A stretch of DNA of 63,018 nucleotides, filler included. It is 6 parts of 6 records of this genome, joined end to end, with 100 filler letters (N's around TTAATTAATTAA, not from the genome) between each part and the next. Parts side by side here need not be neighbours in the genome. Positions count along the whole stretch, not along the records: positions 31,639 to 55,016 come from DRR723986_2392; positions 55,117 to 63,018 come from DRR723986_2397; 4 more parts are not named here. One strand, 5' to 3'. The position numbers and the translations under genes are program-made. Positions 48,012 through 58,675 of the stretch are shown here, one piece after another. The notes beneath the pieces are model-generated. The model saw only the letters and a list, made by a program, of their open reading frames with translations. It did no database searches and was not told the origin of the DNA. Numbering within the stretch: the first letter of the stretch is position 1; every line of letters starts with the position of its first letter.

Positions 48012-48685
48012 TGCACAAACTGCCTGCCACCCACAGCTATGAAACCACCCGCGCCCAGGTGGCGGGGTATTTCGATGGCACCGCCACGCGCGTGTGGGAA
48101 CGCCTGACATCTGACGCCCCCGTCAGCCGCATTCGCCAAACGGTGCGGGCGGGGCGCGATAACATGCGCGCGTTGATGCTGGCGCAACTGCCGGCAGATC
48201 TTGGCGGGGCCAGGGTGCTGGATGCCGGCTGTGGCACGGGCGCTGCATGCGAGGCGCTGGCGGCACGCGGTGCCGATGTGCTGGGCATCGATATCTCGCC
48301 CAAGCTGGTGACAATCGCGCAGCGCCGTATGCCGGCAGGCCTGCCCGGCCGGGTAGATCTGCGCGCAGGCGATATGTTGGCCAGCGATCTGGGCCAGTTT
48401 GACTATGTCATCGCGATGGACAGCTTGATTTATTACACCCGCCCCGATTTGCAGCAGGCCTTGCAGGCGCTTTCCGCGCGCGCGCCGCATGTTGTGTTTA
48501 CCGTGGCGCCCCGCACCCCGCTGTTGCAGCTGATGTGGCACGCCGGCAAAGCCTTTCCGCGCGCCGATCGCTCGCCGCGGATGGTGCCGCAAGACTGGCG
48601 GCGTTTGCAGCTGCCGGGGCTGGGCCGGGTTGGGCGCATATCCAGCGGCTTTTACATTTCCGAATGTCTCGAGGTGCGGCGATGA
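48011..48685 (+). CDS. bchM: Mg-protoporphyrin IX methyltransferase
   Basis: YFD.TA..WERLTS, VLDAGCGTG, MDSLIYY, GFYISE. Confidence 0.95.
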
Positions 48686-50118
48686 TCCTGTCCAAGCGCC
48701 TTTTGCAGTCGTTGGGCACATCTTGGCTGCCCTTTGCCGACGCGGCCAGCGAGGGCCTGCCGCTGTCGCAGATCTTGCGGCTGAGCCTGTTTCAGATCTC
48801 GGTTGGTATGGCCTCGGTTTTGCTGCTGGGCACGCTGAACCGGGTGATGATTGTGGAAATGTCGATTGCTGCCTCTTTGGTGGCCATCATGATTGCCCTG
48901 CCAGTGCTGGTGGCGCCCTTTCGGGCGTTTTTGGGCTTTCGTTCAGATACCCACCGCTCGGCCATCGGGTGGAAACGGGTGCCTTATCTGTGGTTTGGCT
49001 CGCTTTGGCAATTTGGCGGGCTGGCGGTGATGCCCTTTGCCCTGATCGTTTTGACCGGTGACAATGTGCATGAATTGGCCTTTGCCGGCGAGGTGCTGGT
49101 GGCCTTGGCGTTTTTGATGACGGGCCTTGGCCTGCATATGACCCAAACCGCCGGCATTGCGCTGGCCGCGGACCGCGCCGACGATGAAAACCGCCCCCGC
49201 GTGGTGGCCTTGCTTTATGTCACCTTTTTGGCAGGCATGGCGATCTCATCGCTGATTGTGGGCTTTTTGCTGCGTGATTTCAGCGAATTGCAGCTGATCC
49301 GTGTGGTGCAGGGCAGTGCCCTGGCCACGCTGCTGCTGAATATCGTGGCCTTGTGGAAACAAGAAAAGCTGGTGCCGCAGGCCAAAGCCGAACGCGCCCA
49401 GCCGCGCCCGGCCTTCAAGGCGGCTTGGGCCGATTATCTGGCCGGTGGCCAAGCGGGCCGCCTGTTGGCGGTGGTGTTTTTTGGCGGTCTGGCCTTCAAC
49501 ATGCAAGACGTGCTGCTAGAGCCCTATGGCGGCGAGGTGCTGGGCCTGCCCGTGGCGGCCACAACCGCGCTGACGGCGATTTGGTCGGTTGGGGCGCTGT
49601 TGGGCTTTGGCCTGGCCGCACGCTGGCTGGCGCGTGCGACCGACCCATACCGCATCGCCGCGCGGGGCCTTTTGGTGGGGATTGCCGCGTTTTCGGCGGT
49701 GATATTCTCGGCCCCCCTGGCGCAATCGGCCGTGTTTTTCTTTGGCGCCTTTGGCGTGGGGCTAGGGCTGGGGCTGTTTTCTGTCTCTACCCTGACGGCG
49801 GCGATGGAAATGCCGCGTTTGGGCATCGTTGGGGGTGGCCTGGCGCTGGGCGCATGGGGGGCGGCGCAGGCCACGGCAGCGGGGCTTTCCACCATCATCG
49901 GCGGCACCTTGCGCGATGTGGTGCAAGGCTTGGCCGATCTGGGCCGCCTGGGCCCGGCGCTGACCGGGCCAGAGACGGGCTATTCGGTCGTTTATCATTT
50001 GGAAATCGGGCTGCTGTTTCTCACGCTTTTGGTGCTGGGCCCGCTTGTTCGCAACCGCATTCACAAACTTAACCAAACAACGAACCGTCGGATCGGCCTG
50101 GCCGATTTCCCGACATGA
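48682..50118 (+). CDS. lhaA: LH1 assembly protein LhaA (PucC family)
   Basis: LPFADAAS, GTLNRVMIVE, MQDVLLEPYGG, GAWGAAQAT; between bchM and puhA. Confidence 0.9.
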   Translation: MILSKRLLQSLGTSWLPFADAASEGLPLSQILRLSLFQISVGMASVLLLGTLNRVMIVEMSIAASLVAIMIALPVLVAPFRAFLGFRSDTHRSAIGWKRVPYLWFGSLWQFGGLAVMPFALIVLTGDNVHELAFAGEVLVALAFLMTGLGLHMTQTAGIALAADRADDENRPRVVALLYVTFLAGMAISSLIVGFLLRDFSELQLIRVVQGSALATLLLNIVALWKQEKLVPQAKAERAQPRPAFKAAWADYLAGGQAGRLLAVVFFGGLAFNMQDVLLEPYGGEVLGLPVAATTALTAIWSVGALLGFGLAARWLARATDPYRIAARGLLVGIAAFSAVIFSAPLAQSAVFFFGAFGVGLGLGLFSVSTLTAAMEMPRLGIVGGGLALGAWGAAQATAAGLSTIIGGTLRDVVQGLADLGRLGPALTGPETGYSVVYHLEIGLLFLTLLVLGPLVRNRIHKLNQTTNRRIGLADFPT

Positions 50119-50132
50119 CCTGAAGGAGGACT

Positions 50133-50930
50133 ATGATGGATACCCCATATGGTTGGATTTTCTTTGCAAATGTCGATCTGGCGCAGGTGGCACTTTACCT
50201 GTTCTGGCTGTTTTTCGCGGGGTTGATCTACTACATCCAACGCGAGAACATGCGCGAAGGCTATCCGCTGGAAAACGAAGATGGCAGCGCTGCGCAGTCG
50301 TTCTTTTCGCTGCCCGAGCAGAAAACCTTTGATCTGCCCCACGATCGTGGCACCTACATCGTGCCAGATTACCAGCGTGAAGCGCGGGAATTGGCCCTGG
50401 CGCCCACGGCTGCGTCGGGCGGGTTTCCCTATGCGCCCACGGGCGATGCCCTGCGCGATGGTGTGGGCCCGGCGGCCTGGGCTGCGCGGCGGGACGAGGC
50501 GGAACTGGATGGCCATGGCCATGCCAAGATTCAGCCCATGTCAAAGGTGGGCGGCTTTGCCGTGGCCGCAGGGCGCGACCCGCGCGGTTTGCCGGTGAAA
50601 TGCCACGATCTGCAATCGCCCGGCGTGGTCAGCGATATCTGGGTTGATGTGCCCGAACAGCTGGTGCGCTACCTCGAGGTTACGCTGACCGGCGGTGGCA
50701 CGCGCCTGGTGCCGATGCCGATGGCGCGGATCAAATCTGATGCAGTCATCGTGAATGCGCTGGATTCGGTGTCGTTTGCCGACATTCCCACCACCGCATC
50801 TGATGCGCAGGTGACAAAGCTTGAGGAAGAAAAGATCTCGGCCTTTGTGGCGGGTGGCTACATGTACACCGCCGACAAGCGCCCCTCGAAGCTGAAAGCC
50901 CTGGGTCAGATTCTGGGCAACCCGTCCTAA
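50133..50930 (+). CDS. puhA: Photosynthetic reaction centre H subunit
   Basis: [44 protein letters not shown]. Confidence 0.96.
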   Translation: MMDTPYGWIFFANVDLAQVALYLFWLFFAGLIYYIQRENMREGYPLENEDGSAAQSFFSLPEQKTFDLPHDRGTYIVPDYQREARELALAPTAASGGFPYAPTGDALRDGVGPAAWAARRDEAELDGHGHAKIQPMSKVGGFAVAAGRDPRGLPVKCHDLQSPGVVSDIWVDVPEQLVRYLEVTLTGGGTRLVPMPMARIKSDAVIVNALDSVSFADIPTTASDAQVTKLEEEKISAFVAGGYMYTADKRPSKLKALGQILGNPS

Positions 50931-50957
50931 CCCAACGCACTGAAAAAGGAGCCGGCC

Positions 50958-51632
50958 ATGCCACATGATGATTTTGCCTTCGAACCCGTAAAGGGGTTGC
51001 CAGAACAGCCCCCCATGGACGAGCAGATTTTATGGCAGGGCCGGCCCGATACCTGGCGCCTGGCGCGCGAGGCGTTCAAGCTGGGCTGGATCAGCGCTTA
51101 TTTCCTGGTGGTCATTGCCTGGCGCTTTAGCGTTGGGGTGATCGAGGGCGGTGTGGCAGGCGGTTTTGCCTATGGTCTGCCCTATGCGCTGCTGTGGGCT
51201 GCGGCTGCGTCGGTTGTTTTGGGGCTGGCATGGGTTCAGGCCCGCAGCACCGTTTACACCATCACAACCGCCCGCGTTGCCATGCGCATTGGTGCGGCGC
51301 TGAATGTCACGCTGAACATTCCTTTCCGGCAATTGGCCGCGGCTGATCTTAGCGAAACGCGCAGCGGTCTGGGCACGATCGCGCTGGAAACGCTGGGCGA
51401 GACGCGGTTTTCCTATCTGGTGCTTTGGCCCCATTGCCGGCCCTGGCACGTCAGCCGCACCCAGCCTGCGCTGCGCGCCATCCCCGATGCAAGGGCCGTG
51501 GCGCAGATTTTGGCCGATGCCGCCGAGGCGCGCGTGGCCCAGCCTGTTTTGGCCAAAACCACACCCAACACCGCCCGCCCCGCAGGTGGGCCCAAAGGTG
51601 GGCCCGAAGGTGGGCTGGTGGCCGCCGAATAA
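50958..51632 (+). CDS. puhB: Photosynthetic complex assembly protein PuhB
   Basis: HDDFAFEPV.GLP, ILWQGRP, YTITTARV, LWPH.RPW. Confidence 0.92.
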   Translation: MPHDDFAFEPVKGLPEQPPMDEQILWQGRPDTWRLAREAFKLGWISAYFLVVIAWRFSVGVIEGGVAGGFAYGLPYALLWAAAASVVLGLAWVQARSTVYTITTARVAMRIGAALNVTLNIPFRQLAAADLSETRSGLGTIALETLGETRFSYLVLWPHCRPWHVSRTQPALRAIPDARAVAQILADAAEARVAQPVLAKTTPNTARPAGGPKGGPEGGLVAAE

Positions 51633-51653
51633 CCTGTGAGAAAAGGACAAGCC

Positions 51654-52148
51654 ATGGCCAGTATCGACAGCCAAACCAGCCGCCGCCCCGCATTCAAGCG
51701 GGCCGATCAAAATGACATGATCCCGCTGGGCCTGGTGCGCGCCATGTTTGGTGTGGCGGCGATTACCTTGGCGCTGGTGTCCTATGCCAGCTTTACGGGC
51801 AAGCCCAAAGTCGCCGTGCCGGCCGAGGCGCCGATCGTTGCGCAATGGCCCCTGCGGCTGATTGGCGGCGATGCGCAATCGGTTGTGGTGCAAGATGCGG
51901 CTGGCAAGGTGCTGGCCGATCTGCCCCATGGGGGCTTTATTACCGTGGTTCAAAACGGGCTGGCCACAATGCGCCGCCGCCATGGCATAGACCCAACCCT
52001 GCCCATTCGCATCGTCAAATTTGAAAACGGCCGTCTGGCCGCCCTGGACGATTACACCGAATTCCGCGTCGAGCTGACGGCTTTTGGCACGGATAACCAA
52101 GCCGCTTTCGAGCGCCTGCTGGCGGCCAACGTGCCGGCGCAGAACTGA
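51654..52148 (+). CDS. puhC: Photosynthetic complex assembly protein PuhC
   Basis: GGFI..V, GRL...D, EL.AFG.DN..AF. Confidence 0.9.
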   Translation: MASIDSQTSRRPAFKRADQNDMIPLGLVRAMFGVAAITLALVSYASFTGKPKVAVPAEAPIVAQWPLRLIGGDAQSVVVQDAAGKVLADLPHGGFITVVQNGLATMRRRHGIDPTLPIRIVKFENGRLAALDDYTEFRVELTAFGTDNQAAFERLLAANVPAQN

Positions 52149-52178
52149 CCCAAAAGCAAAAATAATCGGGAGAAAACA

Positions 52179-52475
52179 ATGTCACTATTTAGAAAACGTA
52201 TCGAAAAGGTGCCTTGTACCGTTGAAGTCAGCCACCGTTTCGAAAGCCTGCATGCCCATGTGCGCTTTGATGATGGGTCCGTCATTCACCCCGGTGACGA
52301 GGTGTTGGTCGAGGGGCCGCCGGTATTGGCGGCATGGGGCGAGGTGATCGAAGAGCACCGCACAGCCCAAATCACCCGCGCCAGCGCGCTTGAACGCTTA
52401 TGGACCCGCCTGACAGGAGATCTGGAATTCATCGAACTGTGTGAATTTTCCTTCTCCGAGGAGATGACAGTATGA
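52179..52475 (+). CDS. bciE: Aerobic cyclase accessory protein BciE (by position and size)
   Basis: 98 aa, ATGA-coupled to acsF; HRFESLHAHV, PGDEV, ELCEFSFS. Confidence 0.75.
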   Translation: MSLFRKRIEKVPCTVEVSHRFESLHAHVRFDDGSVIHPGDEVLVEGPPVLAAWGEVIEEHRTAQITRASALERLWTRLTGDLEFIELCEFSFSEEMTV

Positions 52476-53566
52476 ATATGCACGCCACCACCCACGATGA
52501 ATTGCACGCCGAAATTTCCGACCGGTTCGACACCACGGCCATGGCCACGGAAACAACGCTGCTGAACCCGCGGTTTTACACCACCGATTTCGATGAATTA
52601 GACCGTATCGATGTAAGCCCTGTGCGCAAAGATTGGGATGTGTTGCTAGACCAAATGCGCAGCGACCCCAACAAGGGCCATTTCAAGAAAAATGCCGATT
52701 GGGACCAGATCGACTGGGATGGAATGGACCCCGAGCTGCGCGCCGAATTTATTGATTTTCTGGTATCCAGCTGCACCGCCGAATTTTCGGGCTGCGTGCT
52801 GTATAAAGAAATGAAGCGCCGCGGCAGTAACCCCGATATCTGCGAGCTGTTTTCGCTGATGTCGCGCGACGAGGCCCGCCATGCAGGCTTTATCAACGAT
52901 GCCCTGCGCGAGGCTGGTGTGGCGGTGAATTTGGGCTTTTTGACCAAGGCCAAGAAATACACCTATTTCCGGCCGAAATTTATCTATTATGCCACCTATC
53001 TGTCGGAAAAAATTGGCTACGCGCGCTATATCACCATCTATCGCCACCTCGAGGCCAACCCCGAGCAGCGCTTTCACCCGATTTTCAAGTGGTTCAAAGA
53101 ATGGTGCAATGACGAATTCAGCCATGGCGAGGCCTTTGCCCTGCTGATGCGCACCGACCCCAAAATTACCGAAAGCTTTGTGAATAAACTGTGGATCCGG
53201 TTCTTTTTGGTGGCGGTCTATTCCACCATGTGGGTGCGCGATCATGCGCGGGTGCATTTTCACAATGCTTTGGGTGTGGATATCGATTGGTATGACCAAG
53301 AGGTATTTGCCAAAACCTCGGTCATTGCGCGCCAGGTGTTTCCGGTAGAGCTGGATATCGACCACCCCGCCTGGATCCCCAACCTGAAACGGATCGAACG
53401 GGCCTTTCGCAAAATCGAGGCGGGCCATGCCCGTGGCGGTATCGGCGGGTGGCTGTCAAAGGTGGCGGGCGGTGCGCAGGCGGGGCTGGCGTTTGTGCGC
53501 CTTTATACGCTGCCGGTGCGCAAAAATAAGCTGCCCGCCTCGGTGCGGCTGCAGCCGATGTATTGA
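52472..53566 (+). CDS. acsF: O2-dependent Mg-protoporphyrin monomethyl ester cyclase
   Basis: PRFYTTDF, AEFSG, RDEARH, SEKIGY, DEFSH di-iron ligands. Confidence 0.96.
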   Translation: MNMHATTHDELHAEISDRFDTTAMATETTLLNPRFYTTDFDELDRIDVSPVRKDWDVLLDQMRSDPNKGHFKKNADWDQIDWDGMDPELRAEFIDFLVSSCTAEFSGCVLYKEMKRRGSNPDICELFSLMSRDEARHAGFINDALREAGVAVNLGFLTKAKKYTYFRPKFIYYATYLSEKIGYARYITIYRHLEANPEQRFHPIFKWFKEWCNDEFSHGEAFALLMRTDPKITESFVNKLWIRFFLVAVYSTMWVRDHARVHFHNALGVDIDWYDQEVFAKTSVIARQVFPVELDIDHPAWIPNLKRIERAFRKIEAGHARGGIGGWLSKVAGGAQAGLAFVRLYTLPVRKNKLPASVRLQPMY

Positions 53567-53617
53567 TGTAACCCGGGCGCTTGCCCCGGCAGGCGCCCCC
53601 GATAAAGGAGCAGAGAT

Positions 53618-54457
53618 TTGTGGCACGCACACTGGATCGCAGCCCCGGCCGCGCTGTTCCTGTGGTGGTTTGCCACCGGCATTTTGCTGTGGCGCGTGCA
53701 CCGCGCCGATCGCGGCGATGCCGACCAGCATCTGAATTCGGTGCTGTATTCCCTGCCGCTGTTGGTGCTGGGGGGCTATGGCGTGGCCCATTCGCTGGGC
53801 GATACCGGCCGCTTTGGGGTGTGGGTGGCGTTTTTGTCGGCCATGATGATCTGGGCTTGGGCGGAACTGGCGTTTTTGTCTGGCGTGATCACCGGCCCAA
53901 ACAAGGCGCCCTGCCCGCAGGGGCTGGATGGCCAAGGCCGGTTTCGCGCGGCCTTTTTGGCCGTGGCATGGCACGAATTGCTGCTGGCGCTGGCGCTGGC
54001 GGTTTTGGCCTATGTGTCCAGGGGGGCCGAAAACAGCTTTGCCTTTTGGACCTTTGCAGTGCTCTTTGCGGCGCGCATCTCGGCCAAGCTGAACCTCTTT
54101 TTGGGCGTGCCGCGCATCAATGTGCATTTCCTGCCCAAACCCATATCGCATCTGGCCAGCTATTTTCGCACCGGCCCGATCACCGCGTTTTTCCCGGTAT
54201 CCGTTACCCTGCTGGCCCTTGGCCTTGGGTGTTTTCTAGAGCGGCTGATGGCCGCGCATTCCGCGCAGACACAAGGCGCCTTGTTGGGCTTTTTGCTGCT
54301 GAGCATCTTAACCGCGCTGGCGCTATTGGAACATTGGTTCATGGTGTGGCGCTTTCGCGACGATCGGTTGTGGAGCTGGCTGATTGGCCCCGCCGCCCGC
54401 CGCCGCGCCCATACTGTCGAGACAACGATTACAAAGAGGACTGAACATGGACTTTGA
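53618..54457 (+). CDS. puhE: Photosynthetic complex assembly protein PuhE
   Basis: [33 protein letters not shown]. Confidence 0.9.
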   Translation: MWHAHWIAAPAALFLWWFATGILLWRVHRADRGDADQHLNSVLYSLPLLVLGGYGVAHSLGDTGRFGVWVAFLSAMMIWAWAELAFLSGVITGPNKAPCPQGLDGQGRFRAAFLAVAWHELLLALALAVLAYVSRGAENSFAFWTFAVLFAARISAKLNLFLGVPRINVHFLPKPISHLASYFRTGPITAFFPVSVTLLALGLGCFLERLMAAHSAQTQGALLGFLLLSILTALALLEHWFMVWRFRDDRLWSWLIGPAARRRAHTVETTITKRTEHGL

Positions 54458-55016
54458 TGATTTTTTCAGCGGCCAACTCGAGCAGCTGCGCCAAGAGGGC
54501 AATTATCGCGTGTTCACGGAAGTAGAGCGTAAATGCGGGCAATTCCCGCAAGTGCGCCATTTCAACGATGACGGGGTTCAAGACGTCACCGTGTGGTGCT
54601 CGAACGATTATCTGGGCATGGGCCACCACCCCGATGTGATCGACAGCATGGTGCGCACGGCGCAGGCCTGCGGCACCGGGGCAGGGGGCACGCGCAACAT
54701 TTCGGGCAATAACCACCTGCATCGCCTGCTGGAACAGGAATTGGCCGATCTGCACGGCAAAGAGCAGGCATTGCTGTTTACCTCGGGCTATGTGTCGAAC
54801 TGGGCGGCTTTGTCTACCTTGGGTGCGCGCATTCCCGGCGCGGTGATTTTGTCTGACGAAATGAACCACGCCAGCATGATCGAAGGCATCCGCCACAGCC
54901 GCGCCGACAAAGTGCTGTGGAAGCACAACGATTGGCGCGATCTTGATCGCAAATTAAAGGCGGTTGGCGATCGGCCAAAAATTGTGGCCTTTGAATCGGT
55001 CTATTCGATGGATGGC
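54447..55016 (+). CDS. hemA: 5-aminolevulinate synthase, 3'-truncated
   Basis: [36 protein letters not shown]. Confidence 0.95.
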
Positions 55017-55116
55017 NNNNNNNNNNNNNNNNNNNNNNNNNNNNNNNNNNNNNNNNNNNNTTAATTAATTAANNNNNNNNNNNNNNNNNNNNNNNNNNNN
55101 NNNNNNNNNNNNNNNN
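55017..55116. other. Artificial contig-joining spacer
   Basis: N run + TTAATTAATTAA + N run. Confidence 0.98.
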
Positions 55117-55463
55117 TTGACCGTGTCGAACCCCCATTCGCCGGTGGCGAAATCGGTGATCACGCGGCCCCATCCGCGAAATCCGTCTTCCACATCGCCG
55201 CCGCCCTCGGGATGCGCATAGATGCCATCGGCATTGGCCTGCCACGCCTCCAGCAGCACGTCCTTTACCGGGCTGCCGGTGCCGTCGATCACGACGCCCT
55301 CGACGCGGATGCGTTCGCCCTTGGCATTGGGGCCAGCAATGTCCCAGCCCAGTTCCTGCCGGTAGATGTCAAAACCGGCAGCCCCCGGAGCAAGCCCGAT
55401 ATGGACGTAAGGCCCGGCGGTCTGAGAGGCGGTTTCTTTCAGATAACCAAGTGCTTGTGTCAT
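55117..55463 (-). CDS. pcaG: Protocatechuate 3,4-dioxygenase alpha subunit, 3'-truncated
   Basis: ETASQTAGPYVHIGL, EAWQANADG. Confidence 0.94.
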
Positions 55464-56191
55464 CAGTTCCCCTCCAGCCGGTTTTCGAACATGGTTGACC
55501 GCCGCCCGCGCAGCACGATGTCGAACTTGTAGGCGATGCTATCGAGCGGGATCGACGCGTTGCGGTCGAGCGCGGCGATCAGCTGACCGATGGCGGCCTT
55601 GTCGCGGATCGTGTTGACGATCGGGCAGGTGGCAATCAGCGGGTCGCCTTCGAAATACATCTGGGTGATCAGCCGCTGCGTCCAGGCATAGCCGAAGACC
55701 GACACATGGATATGCGCGGGCCGCCAGTCATTGACCCAGTTGCGCCACGGATAGGCACCGGGTTTGACCGTGCGGAAGAAGTAATAGCCGTTTTCGTCCG
55801 TAACGGTCCGACCGCAGCCGCCAAAATTGGGGTCGATCGGCGCCAGATAGGTATCTTTCTTGTGGCGATACCGCCCGCCCGCATTGGCCTGCCAGACCTC
55901 GACCAGCGTGTTTGGCACCGGCCGGCCGTTTTCATCCAGCACCCGGCCATGGACGACGATCCGCTCGCCGATCGCGCTTTCGCCGGGCTGCGCGTAGTTC
56001 TTGATCAGGTCTTTATCCAGCGGGTCGATATCACTGTGTCCGAACCGAGGGCCGGTAATCTCTCCCACGGAATTCTGCAACGAAATCAGCGAATATTGCG
56101 GGCTGCGAGAAACGCTGGTCTTGTAGTCCTTGTCATAGGCGGGGGGATGCCACATCCGGTCCCGCTGATAGTATTCGCCTGGCTTGGTCAT
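55463..56191 (-). CDS. pcaH: Protocatechuate 3,4-dioxygenase beta subunit
   Basis: [30 protein letters not shown]. Confidence 0.96.
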   Translation of the reverse strand: MTKPGEYYQRDRMWHPPAYDKDYKTSVSRSPQYSLISLQNSVGEITGPRFGHSDIDPLDKDLIKNYAQPGESAIGERIVVHGRVLDENGRPVPNTLVEVWQANAGGRYRHKKDTYLAPIDPNFGGCGRTVTDENGYYFFRTVKPGAYPWRNWVNDWRPAHIHVSVFGYAWTQRLITQMYFEGDPLIATCPIVNTIRDKAAIGQLIAALDRNASIPLDSIAYKFDIVLRGRRSTMFENRLEGN

Positions 56192-56238
56192 TGCGGCGCT
56201 CCTCCTTCAAGGTTGGGAAATGTTGCGCGTTTCCCGGA

Positions 56239-56616
56239 TTATTCCTGTTCCATTTCGGCATAGGTCTGTTTGGCCAGTTTCAGCGCGTGATTGGCGCGCG
56301 GGACACCGGCGTAGATGGCCACATGCTGGAAGGTTTCCAGCACGTCCTCTTTGCTGGCCCCGGTCCGCGCAGTGGCGCGGATATGCATGGGGATTTCCTC
56401 GAAATTGCCAAGGGCTGCCAGCAAGGCCAGCGTCAGCATGGACCGTTCGCGGTCGCTGATCCCGTCCGATGCCCAGACCGTGCCCCAGGCCCCTTCGGTG
56501 ATCAGGGTCTGAAAGGGCTCGTCAAAGGCGGTCTTGGCGGCCTCGGCCCGGTCCACATGGGCATCGCCAAGGATCTTGCGGCGCACCTTCATGCCGTTAT
56601 CAAAGCGTTCAGACAT
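56239..56616 (-). CDS. pcaC: 4-carboxymuconolactone decarboxylase
   Basis: RR.ILGDAHVD, AWGTVW, AIYAGVP. Confidence 0.93.
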   Translation of the reverse strand: MSERFDNGMKVRRKILGDAHVDRAEAAKTAFDEPFQTLITEGAWGTVWASDGISDRERSMLTLALLAALGNFEEIPMHIRATARTGASKEDVLETFQHVAIYAGVPRANHALKLAKQTYAEMEQE

Positions 56617-57397
56617 CGGTGTGCTCCTTCACGAAAGGCGTCAACAGGGCAGCATAGGCGGCAGGATCTTCGACGCAAGGCAGGTGGCCCGCGCCGTCGA
56701 TCACCTCGAATTGGCTGCCTGCGATCATCGCGGCGGTGCCCTGCACCAGATCGGGTGGGCTGGCCCCGTCTGCGCTGCCGGCGATGGCCAGTGCAGGCAG
56801 GCTCAGACCGCGCGTTATGTCCGACAGGTCGGCCCCCGCGATGGCGTGGCAGCAACCGATATAGCCCGTCGCGGGCGTCCGGGTCAGCATGTTGCGCCAG
56901 GCGGTCAGTTCGGGGCGGTTAAGGAAGGTTGGGGAGAACCAACGTTCCATGACCGCGTCGGCCAGAGCTTCGATCCCGCCCGCGCGGATCGCGTCGATAC
57001 GGGTCTGCCACATGGCGGCGTCCCCCATCTTGGCGGCAGTGTTGGACAGCACCAGTGCGCGGATCAGATCGGGCCTGCGCGCGGCAAGCCCCTGACCGAT
57101 CATGCCGCCGATGGACAGTCCCACGAAGACACAGGCCGTCACGCCCAACCCGTCCAGCAGCGCCTCGGTGTCGGTGACAAGATCGTCCATGGCATAGGGG
57201 GCCGGGGGGCAATCAGACAGCCCGTGCCCGCGCTTGTCGAAGCGGATCAGCCGCAAACCGCTGGGCAGCAGCGGCAGCAGTTGATCCCACAGCCGCAGAT
57301 CGGTGCCGAGCGAGTTTGCAAACACCACCGGAACCCCGGCCGGATCCCCGTCCTCGCGCCAGTTCAACCGCACCCCGTTTGCCGTCATCACCTGCAT
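56609..57397 (-). CDS. pcaD: 3-oxoadipate enol-lactonase
   Basis: NSLGTD, DKRGHG, GLSIGG nucleophile elbow, AGHLP. Confidence 0.93.
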   Translation of the reverse strand: MQVMTANGVRLNWREDGDPAGVPVVFANSLGTDLRLWDQLLPLLPSGLRLIRFDKRGHGLSDCPPAPYAMDDLVTDTEALLDGLGVTACVFVGLSIGGMIGQGLAARRPDLIRALVLSNTAAKMGDAAMWQTRIDAIRAGGIEALADAVMERWFSPTFLNRPELTAWRNMLTRTPATGYIGCCHAIAGADLSDITRGLSLPALAIAGSADGASPPDLVQGTAAMIAGSQFEVIDGAGHLPCVEDPAAYAALLTPFVKEHTDV

Positions 57398-58566
57398 CAG
57401 AACGGCAACCCCACATAGTTCGTGGCCATCACCTTCTGCGCATCGCGATTGTCGCGCAGGAAGGCGATATCGGCCTGCTGCATCTTCAGGTCGAAGTCGT
57501 TCATATCCGGGAAACGGTGCAACAGCGTCGTCATCCACCAGCTGAACCGTTCCGCCTTCCAGATCCGCGCCAATGCCTTTTCCGAGTAGCGATCCAGGCC
57601 CTCGGCGTCCTTGTCCTCATACATCTGCACCAGCCCGTGATAGAGATAGTAGATGTCAGAGGCGGCCGTGTTCAGCCCCTTGGCCCCGGTCGGCGGCACG
57701 ATATGGGCCGCGTCCCCGCACAGGAACAGCCGACCCCATCGCATCGGCTCGGTCACGAAACTGCGCAAGGGCGCGATGCTTTTCTCGATCGAGGGACCGG
57801 TGACAAGCGTATCGGCAACCTCGGCGGGAACGCGGCGCTTCAGCTCTTCCCAAAAGGCGTCATCCGTCCAGTCCGCGGGGCTGTCGGACAGTGAACACTG
57901 GATGTAGTAGCGGCTGAGATTGGCATTGCGCATGGAACACAGGGCAAAGCCGCGATCCGAATTGGAATAGATCAGTTCGTCATTGACCGGGGGCGTTTCC
58001 GACAGGATGCCAAGCCAGCCGAAGGGATAGACCTTTTCATACTCCTTGCGGACGGTCAGCGGGATGGTCTGGCGGCTGACCCCGTGGAACCCGTCGCAGC
58101 CCGCCACGTAGTCGCAGTCGATCCGGCGGCTTTGACCGCCCTCGGAATAGGTCACGTACGGCGCGTCGCTGTCGGCATCGTGGATCACCACGTCTTCGAC
58201 GTTGAAGATGGTGCGCGCGCCTGCTGCTTCCCGCGCATCATAGAGATCGCGGGTCACTTCGGTTTGCCCATAGAGAACCACGGCCTCTCCGGTCAGATCC
58301 TTGAAGTTGATGCCGAACATCTGGTTTCCATCGGCGATCAACGTGCCGTCATGGATAAAACATTCGCGGTCCAGCCGGTCGGCAACGCCTGCGTCACGCA
58401 TCAGGCTGACAAACCCGGTTTCCAGAATGCCCGCCCGGATACGCCCCAGCACATAATCGCGGGTCTTGCGTTCCAGAACGACGGCGTCGATGCCCTTGCG
58501 ATGCAGAAGCTGCCCCAGCAACAGCCCGGACGGCCCTCCGCCAATAATCACCACCTGGCTGCGCAT
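57397..58566 (-). CDS. pobA: 4-hydroxybenzoate 3-monooxygenase
   Basis: GGGPSG, RIRAG, GCDGFHG, GDAAHIVPPTGAKGLN, NYVGLPF. Confidence 0.97.
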   Translation of the reverse strand: MRSQVVIIGGGPSGLLLGQLLHRKGIDAVVLERKTRDYVLGRIRAGILETGFVSLMRDAGVADRLDRECFIHDGTLIADGNQMFGINFKDLTGEAVVLYGQTEVTRDLYDAREAAGARTIFNVEDVVIHDADSDAPYVTYSEGGQSRRIDCDYVAGCDGFHGVSRQTIPLTVRKEYEKVYPFGWLGILSETPPVNDELIYSNSDRGFALCSMRNANLSRYYIQCSLSDSPADWTDDAFWEELKRRVPAEVADTLVTGPSIEKSIAPLRSFVTEPMRWGRLFLCGDAAHIVPPTGAKGLNTAASDIYYLYHGLVQMYEDKDAEGLDRYSEKALARIWKAERFSWWMTTLLHRFPDMNDFDLKMQQADIAFLRDNRDAQKVMATNYVGLPF

Positions 58567-58611
58567 GATATCCTCCCCTGGATTCAGACTAGACCTGTTG
58601 TGATGGATTTA

Positions 58612-58627
58612 GCATAACTGTTTATGC
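58612..58627. promoter_or_regulatory. Palindrome in the pobA-pcaQ intergenic region (candidate PcaQ site)
   Basis: GCATAA-CTGT-TTATGC. Confidence 0.45.
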
Positions 58628-58675
58628 GTGAAAATTGACATATCGGCCAATATGCTTTCCCAAATGGATAACAAT

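Noticed and set aside
51585-51615. 12-bp tandem repeat (GGPK-GGPE-GG) near the puhB end
   Set aside because: Short in-frame duplication in a disordered tail; no sign of function.
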